A DNA stretch of 64,000 bases from contig JBGANV010000009.1 in the NCBI GenBank assembly GCA_044222185.1, forward strand, positions 128,001 to 192,000. The letters are read 5' to 3'. The translations under genes were made by a program, and so were the position numbers. The notes beneath the pieces were generated by a model, which was given only the letters and a program-made list of their open reading frames with translations, searched no databases and had not been told where the DNA came from. Origin of the DNA: Planctomycetota bacterium. Lineage in GTDB: Bacteria; Planctomycetota; GCA-002687715; CAIWVZ01. This document shows positions 28,761-38,745 of the stretch, piece by piece (position 1 is the first letter of the stretch; every line of letters starts with the position of its first letter).

Positions 28761-30340
28761 CGCCGGGATTCCGGGGCGGTCGCCGGCCTCGCTGGCGCGA
28801 GGTTCAGCATCAGCGTGGCGAGCGCCTTCTCCACGTTGAAGCGAGCCGAGATCGTCGAGATCCGCGCCGCCACGTCGCCGAGCGTCTTCGCGACGGCGTC
28901 GGCTTCGTCCGAGGTCTTGCCCTCCTCCAGGATCTGTCGGCTGGCGATGAACGCGGCCGCGTCGCGCAGGAGCGTGGAGGCCTCGCGGCCACGGACGTCG
29001 AGCGAATCGCCCCGCAGGCGCGGCGTCGTGTGCCCGTCGAGAGCCTGGTCGACGAGGGCACGCACGATCGACGGGTGGGTGCCGAGGATGAGCCGATCGC
29101 CGGTGATCGCCATCGACGGAGCGAGTTGGAGCCGGTCGTCGGTCGGTTCGGGGAGCGCGTCGGCGAGATAGCTGGCGGACACGATCAGCACGTCGCGATG
29201 ACGCGCCGTCTCCTGGAGGAATCGAGGTTCACCTTTCTGCGCGCGGTCCGCGTTCACGATGCCCATGGTCGTCTGGAAGCCTAGGAGGATCTCCGTCTTC
29301 AGTCGCGGGTTCTTCACCTCGGCGACGAGGGCGGCGGTGGGGAAGCGGTGGGCGGTGGGCGCGGCGTCGTCGGGGAGCCGGGCGACGTAGGCGTCGAAAC
29401 CGGTGCCGAGACCGGCGAAGAGCTCTTCGACCTGAAGGCCGCCGAGGAGGATCGCCGCGTTGTTCTGGAACTCGGCGAGGCCGGTCTTGCCCTTGTCACC
29501 GATGAGCTTGTCGCGCTGCGACCAGAACGCCGAGAGGTTGCGCGCGAGACCGAGGTGGATGGCACAGCCCGTGGGCGGAGCGAGTGCGGGCAGCGTGGAT
29601 GCGTCGGGGGCGGCGAAGGCCTTCGTGGCTGGAAGCTCCTGGCACGGTGCGTCGAGGCGCACGTCGAGTGATGGCGAGAGGTCGAGCGTGCCGTCGACGG
29701 TGGGAGCGGTGGAGAGAACGCCGAGGACGTGGGCGGCGAAGAGGGCCGCGCCGATGTCCTTCGGGTGGCCGATGCCGAAGCGGATGGGCGCGAGTTTCTC
29801 CACGTTCGCGTGGAAGCGGATCAGCGCTGGGGATTCGGTTCGTGGAAGTCTGGACGAGAGGGCGTGCTTGGGATCGTCGGAGGTCTCGACGGCTTCCGAG
29901 AGGGAATCGGGGTCGTCGCTGAGGAGGAGGAATGCCCCGAGGCGTGTCGAGGCAGGCGCGGACCTGGCTCCCGTGAGTTTCACGATGGCGGATTCGACGG
30001 CGGTCGGGTCGTCGGTGGCGACGGCCAGGAGGACGTGCGGCTTGCCGGTGAGGCCGCCGGGGATGAGGCCGATTCCCACTCGGCGAGCCTTGGCTGCATC
30101 GAGGATGTCGAGGGCGCGGTCGAGTTGCGCGCGGGGGGTTTTGGGGATGACGTCGAGAAATGGGAGGGCGCGGACGCCGGCGATCGCGGCGGCCACGTCG
30201 GTGACGTCGACGTAGAGCGGAATGCTCGCGGGCATGACGTCGGCGGGGTTCGGGCGGAGTTGTGCGCGCGCGATGGTCGCGGCGACGAGGATCGTTGCGA
30301 ACGTTGCGACGATGGTGCGTGCGGACATCACGGGCCCCAT
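28757..30340 (-). CDS. Exported hypothetical protein (possibly DUF3352-like), first gene of the DUF1800/DUF1501 operon
   Basis: Long ORF with signal peptide (...ATIARAQ); GGAG SD before ATG 30340 (alternative starts 30364 and 30328); ATGA overlap with DUF1800. Confidence 0.72.
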   Translation of the reverse strand: MGPVMSARTIVATFATILVAATIARAQLRPNPADVMPASIPLYVDVTDVAAAIAGVRALPFLDVIPKTPRAQLDRALDILDAAKARRVGIGLIPGGLTGKPHVLLAVATDDPTAVESAIVKLTGARSAPASTRLGAFLLLSDDPDSLSEAVETSDDPKHALSSRLPRTESPALIRFHANVEKLAPIRFGIGHPKDIGAALFAAHVLGVLSTAPTVDGTLDLSPSLDVRLDAPCQELPATKAFAAPDASTLPALAPPTGCAIHLGLARNLSAFWSQRDKLIGDKGKTGLAEFQNNAAILLGGLQVEELFAGLGTGFDAYVARLPDDAAPTAHRFPTAALVAEVKNPRLKTEILLGFQTTMGIVNADRAQKGEPRFLQETARHRDVLIVSASYLADALPEPTDDRLQLAPSMAITGDRLILGTHPSIVRALVDQALDGHTTPRLRGDSLDVRGREASTLLRDAAAFIASRQILEEGKTSDEADAVAKTLGDVAARISTISARFNVEKALATLMLNLAPARPATAPESRR

Positions 30341-30411
30341 TCGATCTCCCGCTGCGGAATTCACGGCTGGGTCGAGTCTGCATCGTACCGGAGGACGGCC
30401 GGGTGGGTCGG

Positions 30412-30750
30412 GGAGCGCCGATTCACCGACGCATCGTCGGGAATCGGCCGGATCGCCGCGCGTCTCGCGCGGTCCGGGGTGTGTGGATGGTGGAGGGGTA
30501 TTCGAGGACTGACGTCGGCTTGATGATCTACGGTCGGCACGCGAATCGACGTCGGCCGGACCGGACTCCTCGGCTGCGCCTCGGTAGTCCGGCGATCCTG
30601 CCGGTCGCGTTCGAGCTTCGCTCGAAGTCGACCGGCGCTCCTTCGCGAGCGGGCGGGTGCGCGCGTGCGCGACGGCGTGCGGCGGAGGAGCGCTGATTCA
30701 CCGACGTCGCGTCGGGAATCGGCCGGATCGCCGCGCGTCTCGCGCGGTCC
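30412..30750. repeat. REP/REPIN-like cluster upstream of RAYT: arm A (30412-30475), inverted arm B (30558-30641), arm A (30687-30750)
   Basis: A = GGAGCGCCGATTCACCGACG...CGTCGGGAATCGGCCGGATCGCCGCGCGTCTCGCGCGGTCC (64 bp); B (84 bp) reads GGAGCGCCGGTCG...CGACCGGCAGGATCGCCGGACT...AGTCCGGTCC on the minus strand. Confidence 0.9.
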
Positions 30751-30871
30751 CGCATGCGTCGATCGCGGCGCCCCGCTCGAGGACCACGTCCCCGACATCG
30801 CAGCTTTTCGAAGACGATTGGATTCCGCGTCGAATCCGAGCGTCCCTCTCGACTGACGGAGCAACAGATCG

Positions 30872-31492
30872 TTGAGTCGGACGACGACGAGAATCTCGCG
30901 CGGGTATCTCCCGCACCGCCTCCTGCCGCGGTTGCAGTTCGTGACGGTTCGGCTCGCGGACAGTCTCCCCGTCGAGTGCCTCCGCAAATGGGACGCGCGT
31001 CTCGCGGCGGCGGAGGGTACGGAACGGCTGCGACTCCTGCGGTTGAAGCGCGCGGTCGAAGTCGAGCAGATCCTGGATGCCGGCTTCGGGTCTTGCGCCC
31101 TGGCCGACGAGCAGGTCGCCGGGATGATCGTCCGCGCGCTCGAGCACTTCGACGGAATCCGGTATCGGTTGCGGGCCTGGGTCGTGATGCCGAACCACGT
31201 GCACTTCGTCATCGAATTGACGGGGGCGTGGACGGTGCACGACGTCACTGGGAGTTGGAAGCGGTTCACTGGGCGAGAAGCGAACCGGTTGTTGGGTCGG
31301 TGCGGGCCGTTCTGGCAGCGCGAGTATTTCGATCGGGCCATTCGCGATGACGAGCATCTGCGGCGGGCGGTCGGCTATGTGGAGGCGAATCCTCTGAAGG
31401 CCGGGCTGTGCCGGTCGGTGTTCGAATGGAAATGGTCGAGCGCGCGCTGGCGGCATGGGGCGGGGAGGTTCGGGGCGCTGGGGGAGTGCTGA
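30872..31492 (+). mobile_element. rayT: REP-associated tyrosine transposase (RAYT, Y1/HUH)
   Basis: SRGYLPH, FVTVRLADSLP, AWVVMPNHVH (HUH), FWQREYFDRAIRD, YVEANPLKAGL, WKWSS; flanked by REP-like repeats; start codon uncertain. Confidence 0.9.
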
Positions 31493-31562
31493 GAGGGAGT
31501 TGGCGCGCGGCGAGCGGTGTCGGCTTGATCATCCGGTGGCCCGGTGCGCGTCGGCGTCGGCC

Positions 31563-31964
31563 GGACCGGACTCCTCGGCTGCGCCTCGGTAGTCCGGCGA
31601 TCCTGCCGGTCGCGTTCGAGCTTCGCTCGAAGTCGACCGGCGCTCCTTCGCGAGCGGGCGTCGAACGCTCGCGCGCTCGTCGAGTTCTCGCGAGGGGCGG
31701 GCGCCAGGGCGCGTGCGTGACGGCGTGCGGCGGAGGAGCGCCGATTCACCGACGTCGCGTCGGGAATCGGCCGGATCGCCGCGCGTCTCGCGCGGTCCGG
31801 GGTGTGTGGATGGTGGAAGGGTATTCGAGGACTGACGTCGGCATGATGATCGGCTGTCGGCACGCGAATCGGCGTCGGCCGGACCGGACTCCTCGGCTGC
31901 GCCTCGGTAGTCCGGCGATCCTGCCGGTCGCGTTCGAGCTTCGCTCGGAGTCGACCGGCGCTCC
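31563..31964. repeat. REP/REPIN-like cluster downstream of RAYT: arm B (31563-31646), arm A (31735-31798), arm B (31881-31964)
   Basis: Near-identical copies of the upstream arms; the 230-bp A-spacer-B unit at 31735-31964 repeats 30412-30641. Confidence 0.9.
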
Positions 31965-32025
31965 TTCGCGAGCGGGCGTCGAGTTCACGGCGCGCTCGTC
32001 AGGTTTTCTCGCGGGGCTCGCGGAC

Positions 32026-33054
32026 TTACCGCCGCTCGTAGCGCTTGCGGATGTTGGGCACGAGGTACTCGTGGAACGACCGCTGCAGATCCAGCTTGGG
32101 CTGGAAGCCCCAGTCAGCGCGCGCGGGCGAGTCATCCACGTCAGCGGGCCAGGAGTCGACGATCGCCTGCCGCTTCACATCCGGATCGAACGTGATCCTC
32201 GCCTTGGGGAACGCCGCGCGAACGAGGTCGGCGATCTCACCCGCACTCGGGTTGAACGCGCCGATGTTGTAGACCGTCTGCCGCAGCCGGTCGGCGGGAG
32301 CCTTCGTGAGCTGCATCAGCGCATCGATCCCATCCGGCATCGCCATGAACGGGATCCGGCGATCCTCCGCCACGAAGCACGCGTAGGGCAGATCCTGCGC
32401 CGCCGCGTGGATCATTTCCGGCGCGTAGTCACTCGTGCCGCCACTCGGCACCGTGAACGCCGAGATGAGGCCCGGGAACCGGATCGAGCGGAAGTCGATG
32501 CCGGCCTTCTCCGTCTCGACGGCGAGCTGGCGGTAGTGCTTGGAGAAGTACCGCCCCAGGTTCTCGCAGTAGAGCTTGTTGCACCCGTACATCGTCGTCG
32601 GCACGGTGAACTGGCTCTCCTTCACGCGCCCCGCGCTGCGCTTGGTCGCGACGTCCGGCAGACCGTAGATCGCAATCGTGCTCGGGAAGAGGAACTTCAC
32701 CTTCTGCCCGTGCCACCGCGATTGCTCGACGGAGAGCTTGAGCAGATTCAGCGTGCCATCGACGTTGACGTGGTGCGCCGTCTCGGGCGTGAACTCGGAC
32801 CGCGTCGACAACAGCGCCGCGAGGTGGAAGATCGCGTGGATCTCGTACTCGCTGACGAGACGTCCGAGCAGATTCTGGTCGAGGATGTCGCCGACGATCG
32901 GGGGAGTCGCGCAGTACTTCCGCACTGCCGGGTCCAGCTCTTTGATGTCGATGGCGAGGATGTCGTGCCCGCCTTCCTGGGCGAGGCGCTCGATGAGTCC
33001 ATGTCCCATCTCGCCACCGGCGCCAGTGACCAAAACAACAGGTTTTCTGCGCAT
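32026..33054 (-). CDS. tdh: SDR-type L-threonine 3-dehydrogenase (NAD-dependent epimerase/dehydratase family)
   Basis: [45 protein letters not shown]; adjacent to kbl. Confidence 0.85.
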   Translation of the reverse strand: MRRKPVVLVTGAGGEMGHGLIERLAQEGGHDILAIDIKELDPAVRKYCATPPIVGDILDQNLLGRLVSEYEIHAIFHLAALLSTRSEFTPETAHHVNVDGTLNLLKLSVEQSRWHGQKVKFLFPSTIAIYGLPDVATKRSAGRVKESQFTVPTTMYGCNKLYCENLGRYFSKHYRQLAVETEKAGIDFRSIRFPGLISAFTVPSGGTSDYAPEMIHAAAQDLPYACFVAEDRRIPFMAMPDGIDALMQLTKAPADRLRQTVYNIGAFNPSAGEIADLVRAAFPKARITFDPDVKRQAIVDSWPADVDDSPARADWGFQPKLDLQRSFHEYLVPNIRKRYERR

Positions 33055-33077
33055 GGCGCGAGGATAACATCGCGCCC
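33055..33077. promoter_or_regulatory. Bidirectional overlapping -10 elements for two leaderless divergent genes
   Basis: GGCGCGA-GGATAACA-TCGCGCC; + strand TAACAT 7 nt before the kbl ATG; - strand TATCCT 6 nt before the tdh ATG. Confidence 0.7.
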
Positions 33078-34265
33078 ATGAACGCCGATTTCGAGAAACG
33101 CGTCCGAGCCGAGCTCGATGAGATCCGGGATGCAGGGCTGTGGAAGGAGGAGCGGGTCATCCAGTCTCCGCAGGGGGCCAGCATCAAGGTGCCCCAGGGT
33201 GACGTCATCTGCTTCTGTGCCAACAACTACCTCGGATTGGCCAACGACCCGCGACTCGTCGCAGCCGCCAAGCGCGGGCTCGACCAGCGGGGCCTGGGCC
33301 TCGCCTCCGTCCGCTTCATCTGCGGGACCCAGGATCGCCACAAGGAGCTGGAATCTCGCCTCTCGAAGTTCCTCGGATTCGACGACTGCATCCTCTACAC
33401 CTCCTGCTTCGACGCGAACGGCGGCGTCTTCGAGACGCTCATGAAGGAGGAGGACGTGATCATCAGCGATGCGCTGAATCACGCGTCGATCATCGACGGC
33501 ATCCGTCTATCGAAGGCCGAGCGCCTGCGCTTCGACAACGGCGACATGGCGCAGCTCGAAGAGCATCTGAAGGCGAGCCAGTCCAAGCGCACGCGCATGA
33601 TCGTGACCGATGGCGTGTTCTCCATGGACGGCTTCATCGCGAACCTCAAGGCCATCTGCGACCTCGCCGACAAGTACAAGGCGATCGTGATGGTGGACGA
33701 CAGTCACGCCACGGGCTTCGTTGGCAAGACGGGGCGCGGGACGCCCGAGCACTGCGGCGTCATGGGGCGGATCGACATCCTCACGTCGACGCTGGGGAAG
33801 GCGCTCGGTGGCGCGTCCGGCGGGTTCATCTGCGGCTCGAAGAACGTCGTCGACCTGCTGCGCAACCGCAGCCGCCCCTACCTCTTCTCGAACACGCTCG
33901 CGCCTTCGCTCGTCGAAGCGTCGATCGCGTGCCTCGACATCCTCTCGCAAACGACGGAACTGCGTGATCGCCTGGAGCAGAACACGGCCTACTTCCGAGA
34001 GCAGATGACGAAGGCCGGCTTCAACATCCGTCCGGGCGTGCATCCGATCACCCCGATCATGCTGGGTGATGCGCGGCTCGCGCAGGACATGGCGAAGCGC
34101 ATGCTGGCGGAGGGCATCTACGTCATCGGGTTCTCGTTCCCCGTGGTGCCGAAGGGGCTCGCCCGGATCCGCGTGCAGATCTCGGCGGCACACACCCGCG
34201 ACCATCTCGATCGCGCGATCGCCGCGTTCACCAAGGTCGGGCGCGAGCTGGGCGTCCTGAAGTAG
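33078..34265 (+). CDS. kbl: Glycine C-acetyltransferase (2-amino-3-ketobutyrate CoA ligase)
   Basis: [77 protein letters not shown]. Confidence 0.97.
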   Translation: MNADFEKRVRAELDEIRDAGLWKEERVIQSPQGASIKVPQGDVICFCANNYLGLANDPRLVAAAKRGLDQRGLGLASVRFICGTQDRHKELESRLSKFLGFDDCILYTSCFDANGGVFETLMKEEDVIISDALNHASIIDGIRLSKAERLRFDNGDMAQLEEHLKASQSKRTRMIVTDGVFSMDGFIANLKAICDLADKYKAIVMVDDSHATGFVGKTGRGTPEHCGVMGRIDILTSTLGKALGGASGGFICGSKNVVDLLRNRSRPYLFSNTLAPSLVEASIACLDILSQTTELRDRLEQNTAYFREQMTKAGFNIRPGVHPITPIMLGDARLAQDMAKRMLAEGIYVIGFSFPVVPKGLARIRVQISAAHTRDHLDRAIAAFTKVGRELGVLK

Positions 34266-34286
34266 ACACGGGCGCTGCGCCCGCGG

Positions 34287-35687
34287 TCACTCCTTCGACG
34301 CTCCGGCCTGGCGTCGCGCAGCGAGGTACGCGCGCACGCCGTCCGCGTCGACGGCGGCCTGTTGACGTCGACACCAGTCCCGCACGGCCACGACCTCGTC
34401 TGCGTCACGGAACTCGCGGACGACGAGGGCGAACTGCAGCACCGGCATGTGGTTCATGATCTCGTCGATCGCACCCTCGAGGTCGATCGACTCCTCGCGC
34501 GACGCGTTGGAAGTGCCGGGCAATTCGATGGTGACGGTCCCCGAGCCCGACGGCAATTCGATCGTCCCACGCATGAGCTTCAGGTAGCCGTACCGCGCGT
34601 AGAGGATCCGCTGTGCATAGAACGGCAGCGTCGGATCCTCGTAGAGGTCGGCGAGCCGCCGCAGGTTCTTCTCCACGTCGAGCGCGGTCGCGACCATGGC
34701 GATCGCCGCCTGCGAGCGTCGATCGAGGGGCGCATCTCCATCGGGGCGCGTCGCAGGCCCGGAATCGACGGGCCTGGAATCGAGCCGGTGAGCTGGACGG
34801 CGCGCCTTCAGCAGATCCAGCGCGCGTCGCCCGAACACCTGGCACGCGGCTTCCTCGACGAACACCTGGTCGCGGGTCCGACCGCCCCCGACCCATTGCC
34901 CGAGGCCCTCGAACAACCCGACGGACTGGTCCCAGATCAGACAGTGGAAGAGTTCGTGGCCGTAGCTCTGCACCAGCTCATCGAGCGTTTCGGTGAGCGT
35001 CGAGCGGGGGAGTTCGACGGTGGGCGATCCGAGAAACGTGATGAACGGAAGCAGGCTCCGTCCTCCCAGCACGGCGACGGCCGAGTCGATCTCGCGCTCC
35101 CGCTGCCGCGCTTCCTCGGCGGTCGTGCCAGCTGCCGCGAAGATCTGGGGCGCGATCTCGGCGATCTGCGCCCGGGCCGCGGCCGTATCCAGAGTCCCGG
35201 CGAGGTGACCGCGTACGGCGGCATCGAGGGCCGGCATCACCGGCGACGCGAGGGCGGCGCCGAAGCGCGACCCGCAATGGTCCACCACCCACTTGATCGC
35301 GAGCGAGTGCATGGGAACGACGGAGGTGTCCACGAACCCATTCCATGCGGGGTCTGCGTGCTCGCCCGCGGCGCGCTCATACACCTCGACGTCGTGGGAG
35401 TGATCGAGCACCGTCGGAGTTGGGAAGTCGACCTCCTCCCGTGCCACTTCGGACGCCACCGGCTCCACCAGGTCCTCGAGGTTGAAGAACATCTCCTGCT
35501 GGATCGCGTCGGCCTCCGATGTGCGCCCCTGCTTCATCAGCTCGCGGTAGCGGAGCAAGGGACCGTTCGGATCGAGAGGGTTGGCCCGGTAGAGTCCGGG
35601 AGAGTTCGTCGCGCAGCCTGGGCTGATGGCGAGGAGAGCGGTGACGAGGCAGGCGACGATCGAGTTCCAACGAGATCTGCGAGGCAT
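34287..35687 (-). CDS. Putative lipoprotein with HExxH zinc-peptidase-like motif
   Basis: MPRRSRWNSIVACLVTALLAISPGC (lipobox-like); YGHELFHCL...FVEEAAC; TAGAAT -10 upstream. Confidence 0.65.
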   Translation of the reverse strand: MPRRSRWNSIVACLVTALLAISPGCATNSPGLYRANPLDPNGPLLRYRELMKQGRTSEADAIQQEMFFNLEDLVEPVASEVAREEVDFPTPTVLDHSHDVEVYERAAGEHADPAWNGFVDTSVVPMHSLAIKWVVDHCGSRFGAALASPVMPALDAAVRGHLAGTLDTAAARAQIAEIAPQIFAAAGTTAEEARQREREIDSAVAVLGGRSLLPFITFLGSPTVELPRSTLTETLDELVQSYGHELFHCLIWDQSVGLFEGLGQWVGGGRTRDQVFVEEAACQVFGRRALDLLKARRPAHRLDSRPVDSGPATRPDGDAPLDRRSQAAIAMVATALDVEKNLRRLADLYEDPTLPFYAQRILYARYGYLKLMRGTIELPSGSGTVTIELPGTSNASREESIDLEGAIDEIMNHMPVLQFALVVREFRDADEVVAVRDWCRRQQAAVDADGVRAYLAARRQAGASKE

Positions 35688-35756
35688 GGTGCGACCCCGC
35701 CTTCCCGCGGAGCGGCGGTATTCTATGGCGATGAGCATCGATCGGGAGACACGTTC

Positions 35757-36488
35757 ATGAGCATTCCGTCGGACGCGGGCGAGGCGTTCGATCTGCGCTT
35801 GGGGACCGGGCCGCACGTCCAGGGTTTCTTGCACCGGGGCTCCCAGGGCGGCGACGCCGTGGTCCTCGCGCACGGCGCGGGCACGGACTGCCACGCGGCG
35901 ATCCTCGTCGCGGTGGCCAGTCGGTTCGCGGCCGTCGGCGTGACCGCGCTCCGGATCAACCTCCCGTTCAGACAGGAGCGACCGCAGGGACCCCCGTCGT
36001 CGCGCGACGGCGATCGTGATCGCGAGGGGTTGCGCCGCGCCGTCGCGGCGCTGCGTCAGCGGCGCGCGGCGCGGGTGCTCGTCGGCGGACACTCGTATGG
36101 CGGACGGCAGGCGTCCATGCTCGTGGGCGAGGACCATGCGGTCGCCGAGGGTGCCCTGCTGCTCTCGTATCCGCTGCATCCGCCCCGTCGCGAGGCCGAC
36201 CTCCGCACGCGACACTTTCCGTCGATCCGCACCCCGTCGCTCTTCGTGCACGGCACGCGCGATCCGTTCGGCACGACGGACGAGATCGCGACGGCCATCG
36301 CAGCCATTCCAGCACGGACGCAGCTCGTCGCCATCGACGGCGGCACGCACGACCTGCTCGCGGGGCGGACCTCCGTCGCGCTCGACGTCGCTCGGATCGC
36401 AGAGATCATCGTGACGGCGACGGTCGCGTTTCACCTGGGCGGGGATCGATCTACCGCAGCCGCCGCTCGTCGCTCCGAAGCTCCTTGA
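35757..36488 (+). CDS. Alpha/beta hydrolase (KANL3/Tex30-like)
   Basis: GGAG SD; VLAHGAG, GGHSYGGRQAS, LSYPLHPP, HGTRDPFG, GGTHDL. Confidence 0.9.
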   Translation: MSIPSDAGEAFDLRLGTGPHVQGFLHRGSQGGDAVVLAHGAGTDCHAAILVAVASRFAAVGVTALRINLPFRQERPQGPPSSRDGDRDREGLRRAVAALRQRRAARVLVGGHSYGGRQASMLVGEDHAVAEGALLLSYPLHPPRREADLRTRHFPSIRTPSLFVHGTRDPFGTTDEIATAIAAIPARTQLVAIDGGTHDLLAGRTSVALDVARIAEIIVTATVAFHLGGDRSTAAAARRSEAP

Positions 36489-37281
36489 GCTTCGGCATCT
36501 TGGGCGCCATGTCTTCGAGGACGTCGCGGACGATCTGAGCCACGGCGAGGTTGCGATACCACTTGGCGTTGGCGGGGACGATGAACCACGGCGCGATCTT
36601 GCTGGAGCATCGCCCGAGCGCGTCTTCGTAGGCCGACTGGTAATCGCCCCAGAGCTTGCGGTCGTCCAGGTCGCCGGGCTGGTACTTCCACCGCTTGCTC
36701 GGATCCTGGAGGCGTGAGAGCAGACGTCGTCGTTGCTCCTTGCGATCGATGTGGAGGAAGATCTTCACGATCCGCGTCCCCAGCGAGCTCGCGAGCGCCT
36801 CCCAGACGTTGATCTGTTCGAAGCGCGCCCGCCATTCCTGCGGCGAGGCGAATCCGCGCACGCGTTCGACGAGGACCGCTTCGTAGTGCGATCGGTTGAA
36901 CACGCCGACGTTCCCGCGGCGGGGGAGCTGACGCGCGACGCGCCAGAGAAAGTCGTGATCGCGTTCCTCCTCGGATGGAGCCGTGAACGCGACCACCTGG
37001 CATCCCATGGGGCTCAAGCGTGAGAACACGCTCGCGATCGTCCCGTCCTTGCCGGCCGTGTCCATCCCCTGGAGGACCACGAGGAGAGCCCGCCGGTTCT
37101 CGGCGTAGAGCTTGCCGTGGAGCTCCGCGATCTTGCGACGGTGCTTCTTGAACTGCTGCCGCGCGGCCTTTTTGTCGGTGAGACCGCCCGTATCCCCGGC
37201 ATCGACCTTGCTGAGCGCAATCTTCATTCCAGGCCGCACGAGGATCGGTCGCGCACGGATCGAGCGAGCGGATTCGGACAT
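36451..37281 (-). CDS. ppk2: Polyphosphate kinase 2 (class III-like)
   Basis: AGGAG SD; VLQGMDTAGKDG Walker A, HDFLWR, FNRSHYE, APWFIVPANAKWYRN. Confidence 0.93.
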   Translation of the reverse strand: MSESARSIRARPILVRPGMKIALSKVDAGDTGGLTDKKAARQQFKKHRRKIAELHGKLYAENRRALLVVLQGMDTAGKDGTIASVFSRLSPMGCQVVAFTAPSEEERDHDFLWRVARQLPRRGNVGVFNRSHYEAVLVERVRGFASPQEWRARFEQINVWEALASSLGTRIVKIFLHIDRKEQRRRLLSRLQDPSKRWKYQPGDLDDRKLWGDYQSAYEDALGRCSSKIAPWFIVPANAKWYRNLAVAQIVRDVLEDMAPKMPKLKELRSDERRLR

Positions 37282-37443
37282 GGGAACGACTCCTGGGGGC
37301 GCGATCCTACCGCACGCACGCGTTTGGCGCAGACCTTCGCGCCGCGGTTGGCGCTCGCGGGTCGAGCACCTACAGTCGCCGCGATGTCGGCGTGCGAACT
37401 CCGCGGCCGAATCGTCCGCAATCGATCCGCGAGGGTTCATCGG

Positions 37444-38745
37444 GTGTCAGAGCCAGCCACGGGAAACGCCAAGAGCCGGTCGCCGCTCGTCGTCGTCTTC
37501 CTCACCGTGTTCATCGATCTGCTCGGATTCGGGATCATCATCCCGCTCCTGCCGGTCTATTCGAAAGCCTACGGCGCGACCGAGCCGCAGCTCGGCCTCC
37601 TGTTCGGCAGCTTCTCGCTGATGCAGCTCGTGTTCTCGTCCATGTGGGGTCGCATGTCCGACCGCATCGGCCGGCGACCGGTGCTGCTCGGCGGGCTCGT
37701 GGGGACGGCGGCGTCATATGCGCTTTTCGCCGTGTCGAATTCGCTTCCGCTCCTGTTCGCGTCGCGCGTCCTCGCGGGGTTCTTCGGTGCGAACGTGTCG
37801 ACCGCGCAGGCATACATCGCGGACGTGACGACGCCGGAGAATCGTGCGCGCGGCATGGGCCTCATCGGAGCGGCGTTCGGTCTCGGGTTCACGGTCGGCC
37901 CGCTCGTCGGCGGTGAACTCAGCAAGGTCTGGATGCCGCTTCCCGGCCTGGTGGCCGCCGCGCTGTCGCTCGCCGCGGCTGCATTCGGCTGGCGCAACCT
38001 CGTCGAGCCCACGCGACACGAGGCGACGACGGCAAGCCGCGGGCTCGTCGAAATGAAGGCCGCGTTCTCGACGCCGCGGTCGGGCACGCTTTACGTCCTC
38101 TACTTCCTGGCGATCTTCGCGTTCACGGCGTTCGAGTCCATGTTCACCCGCTTCGGTCTCGCGAGGTTCCCCTCGATCTTCGGGCTCGCGACGGACGCGC
38201 GACGCGCCACCGTCGATGAGGTCCTGCGGGCGGCGCCCATCGCGGGGCGGTATCTGGCGGCGATCGGGATCTTCTCCGCCCTCGTCCAGGGCGGGCTCAT
38301 CCGAAGGCTCGTGAAGAAGTACGGCGAGACACGGCTCGCGGTCGTGGGGCCGTTCCTTCTCGGCGTCGCCCTCCTCATCATCGGCGGCGCCACCTTCGTT
38401 CCGGCGTCCAGCACGGCGCAGTGGTGGATCGTCCTCGTCGGCTGCGCGCTGATGCCGTTCGGGTTCGGCTTGAACAACCCGTCGCTCAACGGACTCGTCT
38501 CGCGCGCGGCGCCGGCGGGCAACCAGGGGACGTACCTGGGGCTGATGCAAGCGGTCGCCAGCGGGGCGCGCACGGTCGGTCCACCGATGGCGGGACTCGT
38601 CTTCGCGTTCCTCGGACCGGAGAGCCCGTTCTTCCTCGGTGCCTGCGCGCTCGCCGTCGCCACGTTCATTTCCGTCGGCTATCGGAGTCGCTTCGCATCC
38701 ACGTTCACGCTCGACGGCGCCACGTCCGCGCCTGCCGGACACTGA
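37444..38745 (+). CDS. MFS transporter (TetA/DHA1-like)
   Basis: FLTVFIDLLGFGIIIPLLP, GRMSDRIGRRPVLL (motif A), AYIADVT..ENRARGMGLIGAAFGLGFTVGP; GTG start at 37444. Confidence 0.92.
   Translation: MSEPATGNAKSRSPLVVVFLTVFIDLLGFGIIIPLLPVYSKAYGATEPQLGLLFGSFSLMQLVFSSMWGRMSDRIGRRPVLLGGLVGTAASYALFAVSNSLPLLFASRVLAGFFGANVSTAQAYIADVTTPENRARGMGLIGAAFGLGFTVGPLVGGELSKVWMPLPGLVAAALSLAAAAFGWRNLVEPTRHEATTASRGLVEMKAAFSTPRSGTLYVLYFLAIFAFTAFESMFTRFGLARFPSIFGLATDARRATVDEVLRAAPIAGRYLAAIGIFSALVQGGLIRRLVKKYGETRLAVVGPFLLGVALLIIGGATFVPASSTAQWWIVLVGCALMPFGFGLNNPSLNGLVSRAAPAGNQGTYLGLMQAVASGARTVGPPMAGLVFAFLGPESPFFLGACALAVATFISVGYRSRFASTFTLDGATSAPAGH

Noticed and set aside
30412-31964. CRISPR array
   Set aside because: The repeats are 64-84 bp, alternate in orientation, have conserved rather than unique spacers, and flank a RAYT; no cas genes.
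31408-33081. 557-aa ORF and other ORFs crossing the repeats (30361..31341, 30262..30696)
   Set aside because: These are translations of GC-rich repeats and of the antisense strand of tdh/RAYT; no protein motifs.
34362-36488. Pair of ~710-aa fully overlapping antiparallel ORFs
   Set aside because: Each is a real shorter gene (34287..35687 minus; 35757..36488 plus) extended by stop-poor antisense sequence of the other.
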